Assembly (NCBI RefSeq): GCF_006345805.1
Contig: NC_043013.1
Span: forward strand, 42,966,001-43,030,000
DNA length: 64,000 nucleotides
Direction of reading: 5' to 3'
Source: Octopus sinensis
Taxonomy: Eukaryota
Shown here: positions 21,901-33,900 of the stretch, in pieces
How positions within the stretch are numbered: position 1 is the first letter of the stretch
Layout of the letters: the number at the start of each line of letters is the position of its first letter
Made by a program: the position numbers and the translations under genes
Notes under the pieces: generated by a model
What the model saw: the letters and a program-made list of their open reading frames with translations, nothing else
What the model was told of the DNA's origin: nothing
Databases searched by the model: none

Positions 21901-24900
21901 AAATTTCAGCTTTAGTTAAATATTTTTTTCTTTAAGATCTAATAAGTTATTTATTTATATTCTAGTTGGCTTTATTTTGTTATAATTGCTGTGTTTTAAT
22001 TTTCAGAAAGATGCAGAGACATCTGGTGTCTTTTCAAACACAAATCCAGACACTGACTCTCTGCTCCCTGGCAAAACTTCTGTGGAAGATCTTTCTGAAA
22101 ATCAACTACTTTCAAGTGATACCAAACCATCAGATATGTTGAGAAATGACACCTCTGATAAAGACCAATTTGTGGAAGAGCTACCTGCCACTACTTTAGA
22201 TACAAACAAAGAAACTGATGCTGCTCTGCAGGTAAACTGACTTGTTTTAAATTAATACTTTAGCTACATCACATTACTTGTTTCAGTGGGAATTTATGCT
22301 TTTACTTCACAAATGATAATTATGTTAGGCATGATATTTAACTTAATAATATGAATGAAAATAATTTTACTTCACAGTTCAGTAGTTGCTTGTCTTTGTT
22401 AAAGTTAATCAGTTACAAATTCCACTAATTTCTCAATCTGAAAACTATTTGAGAACAAAATAGCTTGATTCGCTTATCGTTCACAATTGTGTTTAATATA
22501 AAGATGAAAAAGTAATACTACTCTATGTATTTTCTTTCATTTGTTGTTGTTAGTCATGTAAGACATTTTGTATCTTCATTTTTCAGGGAGAATCTGATGA
22601 TCCATTAAAGAATACCATGGGTATGTAATTCAGTTTTGGCAAATTTTCTAAAATAATTTGCTTATTGAATATTTTGGTTGATCTCATATCACCTGTTGAG
22701 TCCCTGTCCTTCTCTCAATGAAAATAATGAAACACAACTCTTGATACAATATTCAAACTGTCTTTTTTTTACCAATGACACATTTACTGTTAATAAAGGT
22801 TCATATGAACTTTTATTTTCTGAGGAACTTATATTGGTTCAATATACAGTGTATAAACTTCTACTCTAGTATATGATGGTATTAGAAGAAAGTTCGTAGT
22901 CATTCCACTGTTGTCTTTGACATAGACAATTGGTTTATACTGTTTAGTTTTGTGAAGTATAATTGGCTGAGCTGTTAGCTTACAGACTGAAGGATAAAAG
23001 GTTTATATTCTGTTGCTGGTACTTCACTGTCTCAGTTCAGAGTACTTATCTCTCAATGAATCAATATACCTAGCTGTTGACATTTACCAAACTGTTCTAT
23101 GATTAATGTCTTTTTGTAAGCTGAAGTCCATTTATATAGCTAGAGAAAGTAATCATCTCTGTGTATCATCCCTTGAATCATCATTCTTATGTCAACTCTT
23201 CCATATTTGCATGAATCAGAGTTTATTGAGACAGATTTTCTATGGCTGGATGCCCTTCCTGTCACTAATCCTCATCTGTTTCCAAGCAAATCAATATTTC
23301 GCCATGGCTAGTCATGTTCTTGCAAAATATTGCAAATGAATGACACTGTTTGTATGATGGTGACACTCATTCACAACTATTACACAATGTCAACACAACG
23401 AGAGACACACACACATACCTCATGGTCTTCTTACAGTTTCTGTCTACCAAATCCACTACCAAAGCTTTAATTGGTCTGGGACTACAGTACCATGCAGTGG
23501 AACTGAACCTAAAATGTGATTGGGAAGCAAATTTCTTTACAACATACCAATACCTGTATCTCTATGAAGACAATATTGCAAGATTGTCTCCTAAGTATTC
23601 ATGGTTTTCACTAGTTAAGTTTAATATGAGATATGGTTGACTATATTTGATTCTTTTTTAGGAACTCTAAAATATGGGATAAAATGATGGTTTGAAAAGC
23701 AAGTTTTTAATTTTGAGAGCAACTATTAAAGTTGTTGATGGAAAGGCTATAGTACCCCTGTAGTGTTGCAACACTTCAGTGAATGTAATTGATATTGAAA
23801 ATTGTCAGAATTAATGCAAAATTGTGAAAGCCAATTCCCTGCCCCTTTTTAAGAATAATCAGTTTTGATTCCCATGTAGTTATATATGTGTATGTGCCTA
23901 TATATATATATAATAGTATTTTATAAGCTTAAAGCTTATAAAACACTATTATTATTATTATTATTATTTACAGAATTGTAAAAATCGATGCTGCTTACCA
24001 AAAACCATCGCAGAAAAAACATATCCACACATACACACACAGGGTCTCAAATTATTAATAACTTAACATTTAAAAATTTTACTTAAAAACTACTTGTTGG
24101 AATTCAATGAAATTTCCACAGAATGATGGCAGCAGTTATATGCATGTGGTGTGTAAAAAACACGAGGTTTTGCGAAAGTGTAAACAAACTGCAGCCATTT
24201 GCATGATTTCCATGAACTTTCAGTGTTCCAAATTATTAACGAGTAGTCTGATAATCATGTAATTGTGGGTCATAAATGCGATTTAACTACTTTAGAGAAA
24301 CCTGTTATTACTTCTGAACTTGCAAAAGGTAAATCAACATTAGAAATATCTAGAATAATTGGAAGATATCACCAAACTGTGAAAAAATTTGTTACATCTC
24401 CTACGAAGAGACATAAGAGAGCCAAAAAGGGTCAGTCGAGGGTTGTTTCTCAGAGTTCTCTGTTGTGAATTAGGCATGAAGCTGTAAAGAACCCAGGTCT
24501 TACAAGTGGAGAACTTTTCAAGTGCATTGGCAAAACAACTGTGTCCAGAATTATCCGATGTCATCTTCTGAAAAAGCTCAGTAAACCAGTGACATCAGTT
24601 AAAAGGGCCTCCTTTATATAAGGTACACGTACAAAATCGTCTGAAATGGGTAGAAACTGACATGAAGGTCAACCTTTCAAAAGTTTTGTTCAGGGATGAA
24701 ACTCGTGCAAACGTTGATGTAACTGATGGTTGGAGCAAGGGATATGTTTTAAATGGATCAGATCGTCATCAACACTTGAGAAGCCAACATGGGGGAGAAG
24801 GCATCACGATTTGAATAGGTATTATTGGAGGTATTATGGTTGGTTCATGGAAAGTGCTGAATGGTGTTAAAATGATTGCAGATGCTTATATGGCCTTTCT

Positions 24901-27900
24901 GAAGGAGCACCTTGAACCTTGGATAAAAAAGCAAAGGATCACCTTCAAGACAACCATAATATTCATGCAAGATAATGTGCCCTCGCACTCAGCAAGGATA
25001 ACTACAGAGTATCTGCAGTAATTAGGCTTCTGTGAACCTCAGAGGATGAAGTAAGTGGCTTGCCTGTTCCCCTGACTTAAACCCAATAGAAAACTTGTGG
25101 AGTATTCTAAAGTGATGAGTTAATGAGAATTGACGATTTAGGAGCAAGAATGAACTGTGGTAGGCAACAGTGGATGTGTCTCATGGTATAACATCAGAGG
25201 TGATCCAGAAATTAGCATATTCCATGGACCAGCACCTTTTCAAACTTATTTCAAACAAAAGCTCATTTATCCCTTACTAACCAGGTCACCAATCATTTTT
25301 GAATGCTGTTTATTTGATTATTTCTATTTCTTCCATGCTTATGACTGTATGTGTTCATTTCAGTATGTGCATCAAACAATTAAATTGGTATTTTCTTATT
25401 TACATGAATTTTAATTACATCTTGCTAATAATTTGAATCTGTGAAAGTTTGCATAAACTTGGTGCATGGCCATAGTTTCTGTGTTGTTTTACAGAACCTC
25501 ACATTTTTATGCATCATGTGCATATAACTGATGCCATCATTCTGTGAAAATTTTGTTGAATTCCAACAAGTGGTTTTTAAATAAAATAAAAAGATATTAC
25601 GCCATTAGTAATTTGAAACAAAGTGTAGAGAGAGAGAAAGAGAAAGAAAAAGAGATAGAGATGCTTTTAAATATTTTATGTCCACTTTTCCATGCTTGTA
25701 TGCATCAGATGGAATTTGTTGAGGCAGATTTTCTAATTTTCTACAGCTAGATGCCCTATCTGCCCTCAATCATCCTTATTTGTTTCCAAACAATCTAATA
25801 TTTCCCTTTGGAAGCAAATGTCACTGCTTGTATGACAGTGACATACTTTTATAATTATCACAGGATGCCAAGGAGGCACAAACACACTTGCACAGATACA
25901 TATGATAGCCTTCTTCAGTTTCTGTCTGTTAAATCCATTTGCAAAGGGTGTCATATCTATATTTAAGTATTCTCCGAATTAATTTAAAAGTAAACATATA
26001 TTTTTCTATTAACTTTTCTAGGTCGTATGAATTTCACATGTTAGAGTAACTCTTCCTCTATATAAAGCTACTACCCTACATAGTCTCCACCACAGGCGAT
26101 GCATGTACATCATCACTGAACCCCAACTCTTGAATCCACTTTGAAAAAATTCAGGTGTGCATTGTTGTGCACACTTCTTCACAACTACTTCTACCTTTCT
26201 ATTATAGGCACAAGGCCTGAAATTCTTGCAAGGGGTACTAGTCAACTACCATCAGCCCCAGTGTTTCACTGGTACTTAATTTATCGACCCTGAAAGATGA
26301 AAGGCAAAGTTGACCTTGGCGAAATTTGAACTCAGAATGTAGCAGCAGGCGAATACTGCTAAGCATTTCGTCCAGTGTTCTAACAATTCTGCCAGCTCTC
26401 CACCTTCAACTACTTCTACCTTGCCTGTGCTCATGAAGCTTCTTCATTGGACTAAATATGTGGAAGGCAGAAGGTACCAGATGCCAAAGATGTGTATGGT
26501 CATACATTACCATGGTGAATGTGGATTGTTTTCAGATTCTGGTTCAGTCATTTCCTCCTTGTCGCTTCTCTAAGCTTTTTGAGTTTTACAATGCACCACT
26601 TGTTCTTGATGGTACACTAACATTCCAGAAAAATCAAGGAAAATGAAACTCTTTCACTCCAAAAGTTAGTCGCTTTCTGTGCTGATTGCTGGCTCTTGAA
26701 CCTCTTATACCTTGGAGAAGAGGTGTGATGCTTTCATTTCTGCACCATAAATGCCTACATTTCATCCCCTGTCATTAGATCTGGAAAAAAAAAAAACATA
26801 TTCATTGACTTAAAATGCTTCCAGCAGATCAGATCAGAATTCTACCCTTCTCTCTTTCAAGTTGGTCATCTACTGTCTCCTGTGGCATATTGTGACTGCA
26901 ATTCAGTTGTGCAGCAACCTCACAGATTATGACTCATTGATTTGTTCTCCCACTAGTGCTTATTGTCAGTGGTTACAGCTGATGGTCTCCCACTGTGTAG
27001 TTTGTCTTCAGTACTGGCTTCCTCTCCTTTAAGCTTCTTCATCCATCTGTACACTTTGGTCTTGACAGTGGTATCATCTCTGTATACAACCTATAGCCTT
27101 CTATGGATGTTGGACACCCTGCACTTTGAACTACTACCATACTGGAGCACTGTCTCAAAAGTTTTTAATTGATAATAGTAATCTCAGTACTTATTTTGTT
27201 GATTGACTCCATTAATGCTATATGATTCCATTTTTTAAAATGTTGTTTTATAATCAGTGATATGACAACACAAACATTTCCACCACACAAGGGATTTCTC
27301 CGTGGTTTTATTTACAAATATCACTCACAAGTATTGATCAACAAAAGCCAATTGTAGAAATATGCCCAATTTGCTGTGTAATGGGATTGGACATGCAATC
27401 GTCATTGCAAAGTGAACTTCTTAACCATGCAATCAGGCCTTGCTATAGACATTATTCAACAGATGCATAGTTTGATTTTATTCAGAAAGGATTGCTAGGA
27501 GTTGCTTTTGCAATTCAAGTAAAGTTTGGTCCTCATAATAATCTATAAAAATCAAACTCAAGGTAAATTTATAACTAATTTTTACGAACACGCTCAAGAA
27601 ATAAAACAAATGGGGTTTATGTCAATTCAGAAAGTTTTCTTTGTGTGTGTTTGCATGCATTTGTTTAGATTCAGAATAACTGACAAGATAAGACATTGAA
27701 AATACCAACTTAATTTAAAATTTCAAATCTTCAGTGGGTATTCCCTTATCTTTGAGCAGGACACTTCTATAGGCTTCACTTAATTTAGGTGTGGAGAAAA
27801 GCTCTACATTCATGGATCTGGCTGACATCTTATTCTAGTACATATTCAGCTCTCTTCTGTTTAAAGCTACAGAATGCTCTATTTCTTATGGGGTTCCTCT

Positions 27901-30900
27901 GAAGGATTTCCTGAGTAATGTTACTTGACAAGGTGCATAGCTTGGATGTCTGCCTAGGTCATGCTGCTACTTCTCCCTATTGAGAGTCACAGCTTTGGTT
28001 CTATGGATATGTAATTAGTAGGTTGTAGAAAGGAATTGCAAAATGATTCTTCAAGCCAAGCCAACCAATGGGAGTCCAAGGCATAGACGGTAAATGTGAT
28101 GGTTGGCTAAGTCTCAGCTAGTCACACTTGGGAATCCAGCCAGAAAGGGATACTGATAGTTGCAGATGCCTGAGGACTCTACTCCCCTAACCCTCCCAGG
28201 AATAGTGAGTGAAGAAGATGGATATATGAAGCACAACAACTGAGATGTTAGTTATCTGAACAACTGATGACTTGATCATGGGTTTTAAATCTTGCCACAG
28301 CTATTTTATTGTTTCTCTGATCAATTACGAGCTATTGCATAAGTGGTGTGCATTATCATTTTTACACCAAGTTTTTCTACATTGACATAGATTGGATGTG
28401 ATTTACTGAAGTAATTTTCTATGGCCAGGTGCCTTTCCTTTTGCCACCCTTTACTTGTTTTACAAGTAAAATATGTTTTATCTTCTTAGATCTCACAGTT
28501 TTATAACTGCCAGGTTACAACACATCATTTGCAGTAAAACATCACAGTTGCTCAAGCATTGACTCTGTGAAGACACATGGTTCACACACATGCACAAATA
28601 TATACATGTACATGTGTATATTCGAGAGAAGTAGAGTGTGTATGTGTGGATATATATATATATTGGATTTTTGTACAGTTTCCATCAACCAAGGCCATAG
28701 AAGACATTTGCTCAAGATGCCATGCCATGATGAGGAATGGAAGACAAAATCAGGCATTTACTAAGTGAACTTTATAACCACACAGCCATTCCTTTACCTG
28801 TAAATGTCCAAATTGACCAATGCCACTCACAATAGCATGAGAAAATGCTGTAATACAAGCACATATATGAGTGTGATAATTTTAGTATATTGTACAAGAT
28901 TATATCCAGATCCATGTTTATTTTCTGTGAGCCCATAGTTTTGTCCAATGTTTTGTATTTCTGCTATGCTTTGAATGTGTGCTGAGTGCAATACCGTTGA
29001 AGACATATGGAATGAAAATTTGACACAAGTTTGTATGTGAAGTATAATTATTATCCGTATTTTAGCTGTAGTGCTTATATAGTCCATTGATCTTGTAGGA
29101 TTACTAGACCAAAAGCTTTTATTAGTAATGTTTTCTTTCTTTATTTCTTTATTTTCTATTTAAACTCTCAACACAGCACAGTCTGTTGTGGAGTGAGGTT
29201 TAACAAGTTTTCATTTCGTATCAACTATTTCATTCTAAATTAACTTTCTGTAGCATTGCCAGAACAGTCATCTTCATCTGCAGAGACGAATACAAAAGAA
29301 GAAAAGAGTGAAATGTCCACATCAACAGAGAATAACACAAAAGAAGAAGACAGTAAAATGTCCTTGTCAGCAGAGAATAATACAAAAGAAAAAAGAAACA
29401 GTGAAATGTCTTCATCCACAGAGAATAACTCAAAAGAAGAAAATAGCGAAAAATCATCCTCATCAGCCAGTGTGAAAAGCACAACATCACAGAAATGTAA
29501 TGAAATTAAAGGAGATAAGGTGGCCAAAACAGCTGTCTCGGAAAGTTTACCTTCAACACCAAGAGTTAAACGTAAAGCACCATTTGCATTAAAAGACACA
29601 GTCAGTATGGACACTTCCAACACTCAACAGGGTGAAGAAAATGAATCACTGATTGTACATGTTGATGATACACAGAATGATTTAGATGCTGATCTTGTGG
29701 CATCAAAGGACAAAGTGCGTGGCAAAACTGAAGCGAAGAAAACAGATGGAAGCAAAGTTGAAGAAAGGGCTAAAGGTAAAACAGAAGGAGGGCAAACTGA
29801 GAAGAAGGCTGATGAAAAGAAAGATGATAAAGATGTAAAGTCGAAGAGGTTGGTTTTCATGTCGTCTTTCCCACTGCTTTGATTCAAAGATGTCATTAGT
29901 TAAATGATCTTACTTCTCGGTAACAGATGTTGACATCTTGACTGCAACTGGGGTCTACAACTGCCAATGGGAACAGATTTTCTTAAACCTTAAGTTAACC
30001 TGTTTAAGTAGGTTTTCTTCAAAGAACATCCTCTCATGGCTAATCGTGAGTTATTTTAAAACAGAATATGTGAGTGTTTGTGTGTGTGTGGTTTGGTTGT
30101 TAGATTCAGGTTCAAACTACTAATTATAATAATGGTAGATATTTTCCTAGTCTTCTTCATAAAACAGGAAAATCTACTGTAAAGATTGTTCTGTGGAAAA
30201 CTCTTATTCACATCTTAGCCTGGGTTATAATTGACCAAAACCTATTTGACATAACTTTTCATTAGTTTCTGATATCTGAAACAAAAATGAAAGAATTAAA
30301 AACCCATATTTTCTCCTGGGTTGTCTGCTACAGCCTCATAAGAGATTATTATAGTATGAGTGTTTAAGTTGAGATGTGATGGATGATACCAATGAAGATT
30401 ATTGTTAGATAATGTTGCGCTGCTTATATTAGGAAATATTCATTATCTTTTAGATGGTTATTGTGAGCTATAGTTCATGAAATAAAAAGGGGCCAGCAAA
30501 TGGTTTAGGGGGTCGGCTGGGGTTCAGGAATCTCAATTGGAATGTTATTAATTACATGTGCTCAATCTCAGACATTAGGAGATTAACCAAATTGCTGAAG
30601 TATTATCCATGGGAACAGATTAACCAATGTCAAGAAGCAAAAATGTCTGTTTGGATGAAGATGGCAACAACAATTGAAGCAGATGAAGAGGAGGGATCCT
30701 GAGTTTTCAAGACTAAAAAGACACAACTTTACGGATGTTAGATAATTAATAATTTTTCTGCCAAAATACAAACTGGAAGATGCTTGGAAAGCCTGGTTCC
30801 TGTATTCCAGCCATGTTCCTGCTAAATTAGCAGTTAATGTTTAGGGAATTCCACATTGCTTGCTGACCTCTTTTTAGCTTCATGAAGACTATAGTTCTTG

Positions 30901-33900
30901 TCTTTTCGTACATTTTTCTTCATAAGTGTTAGTCACTTGATGTGTGGTGTCAGTTGTTAGTTAATTTAGGTAACCCATTTATGATCTTAACCGATATCTT
31001 CGTTTGAAATCAGTGGTTTTTGTATTCATTTATACCTGAAATGGGATAATAAATGTACAAAAGCACATTTTATATCAGGTAAGCTTCTTTCATCATCACA
31101 TTTCCCCTACATACAATATTAATTTGATAGTAATGATAAAAATATTAACTAGGTGGGTATAACATTTGTTGAAGTTATGTTGTTACATTTGTTCTTTCTC
31201 CCTTACATAATTGTCACTTGTTTTATGAAGATTTTCTGTGTGTGTGTGTTTATATATAAACGAGGGGGTACCCAAAAGAAACCAGAGTTTTGTAATATTA
31301 TTTTACTCACTTAGTTTTGCATGTTTGCACCTCTGTCACCTTCAAAATATTATCCATTTGAAGCAATACGTCAGTCCAGATGCATTTTCTACTGTTTGAA
31401 GCAGTCCTGGAACTCTTGCAAAGTGATGCCTTTCAACACCTCCGTCGTTTTTTTCTCCTCTTCCACATTTGCAAAACATTTTCCTTTAAGGACATTTTAC
31501 ATTCAGGGAAACAAAAAAAGGTCGCAGGGAGCAAGACCAACTTTCAACTGTTCTTTTAGTTCATGGCACACATTCAGTCCTGACTGCTTTTGATATTCCA
31601 TGAGCAAGCAAGGCCTAAATTTCGCTGTAACATTTGGAATTCCTCACTCAAAATTCATTGGCAGGAGCTCCAGAACACCCCAGTCATATCAACAAGTTCG
31701 TTAATTGTTCGGTAGTGGTCCTCGTTCATGAATTTTTGTGCTGTTTTCATTTGTTCAGGTAGGGCGGGTGTCAATGGTCACCCTGAATGAGGTTGGTTGT
31801 TAAGCAACAAGTGACTTGTAAACTTGTGCTACGCTCATGGCGATGTCCTTGTAATCTGTTTGAAGCATGACAGCTATTCAGCAACTGTTTGCCTCAGCAG
31901 AGAACAGAATTTTATGGAAGCATGCTGTTCCTTCATTGCAAAAATTGACAAACTGGAGAAACACAGCAAAACAAAGATGCACTACATGGCAGCTCAACGT
32001 AACCTGATGCCGCCAGTCAGCAGACTGATGCCTAAGGGTTGCATCAAGTGACTTCTAGTGACAGAAGCCTGAACTACACCAGGCTTGTCCAACAGAGAAT
32101 CTTTATAGTTACTTTTGGGTACCCCCTCATACACACACACACACACACACAAACAAACATTCATACTTTGTTCACTCTTGTACATAACTCTGCATATGTT
32201 TAGATTGAAGTCCCTAACATAAAGTGGTATTCTGTGTGTTTGCTAGTTCCATTTATATTTATGCTTATCATGAAATAATGTTGCAATTCAATTGCATAAT
32301 GTTCATTATTGATGATTGTAATATTTCTAAATGATTATTTTATTGTTGCAGTTCTTCCGATTCTAAGCCCAAAGTTCTCAAAAGCATCAAAAGTAAGTTG
32401 TTATTTTTTTCTCTTACCACATTTCCTGATATTTTTTTTCCTTGCTTTCTCAGCTTATTTCTACAGATTGAAATATTTGAAATTTGGACCTTCATCCCTC
32501 TTTTCATATTTATTGATGCATTTCTGTATTTAAAAGGCAACAACCAAAACAGTCGGAATTTGTGGGTCAGTGGTCTTGCTTCAAGTACCCGTGCTACAGA
32601 CCTTAAGAAGCTTTTTACCACATATGGCAAGGTATGCTGAATGATATCTGTTGTGTCTCCTTTCTGTAATTTTTAGTGATGTTAACAGGTACTTGATTTT
32701 TTTTTCTTAAAGGGGAAAATTACTATTTTATTTAAAATAAAATATTAATCTTTATCATCTTAATCAAACGGCAGAAAAACAGACAGAGAGACTATCCCTT
32801 TCTAGATGAAGATCAGTTGCAGTGGGAGGAGTTGAATCTCAAAAGAATGGGAAAACAAACAACAACTGAGTTGTACCTTATAATGAAACTCTTTTAAGAG
32901 CATTCGAATGCCACTGCAACATTGAGATTGATGCCTCAGAGAGGTCAGTTAAGTACATCATCAAGTACACACTGAAATGAAATGACCTAGCAGCTGTTCG
33001 AATAAACAATGATAACGAAATTAGTCAATATCTAATGGGTAGATATATTGAACTATCCAAAGCAGTTGCATCCATTTTAGGATTTTTGATTCATGAAAGA
33101 GCACCTGCAGTAGTGAGGCTGCAAGTTCATCTACCAGATGAACAAAGGATATTGCTCAGAAATAATGAGGATAAATATATCTGTCAATGAACAATATATG
33201 AAAACAACATTGACAGAATTCTTTTCATTGTGCATCAATGATGACTTTGCAAAAACATTACTTTATGCTTAAGTACCCATGTATTTCACTTGGAACAGCA
33301 GTAACAAAGAATGGCAAAAAAGAAGGCGGGAAAAAAACGTTGAAGGCCATTTGAACATTTTCAAATAAGAAACATTTGGTTGTGTTCATGTTATCACACC
33401 AAAGGTAGTAGAACTGTATTATTTAAGAATTTTATTTCATGAAATTCAAAATAGTATTTTTTCTTTCCTTCCATGCATTCAACTCAGAGTGGTTGTGGCC
33501 CAACAGGTTACAGTGGGTACATCTAGTATATATGTATATGTATATATAAATATTGTATAAAGGATTGTGGGTAAGGCCAAAACAATGCGAAGTAAATGCA
33601 AGGTAAATCACAAGAAAACAAATATGTGAATTAATGTAGACTTACCTTGTATTCAATATTTTTGGGTTATGACTCCATTTTCAAGAAATAGATGAATGTT
33701 GCTGATGTGCATGTGTGGAGTGGACATGCATGGAGAGGTGTTGCTATAGCAACCAGCTAGCTTCCTGTAACTCCTCTGTTATTGATATATATATATATAT
33801 ATATATCGCATCTTCCTTCCCTCTCTTGCTCTCTTCCTCTTCCCCTCGTCTTGTCTCTCTGGCTGGGTAACTATGTACCTCCTCTACAACAAGACATCTG

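Noticed and set aside
23960-23995. Extra SAFB-A exon after (TTA)n-TACAG
   Set aside because: The required phase gives an immediate TAA; exons 7 and 8 already join in frame
29230-29896. Antisense ORFs opposite exon 8 (and opposite exons 6, 13, 20)
   Set aside because: Shadow frames of low-complexity coding exons
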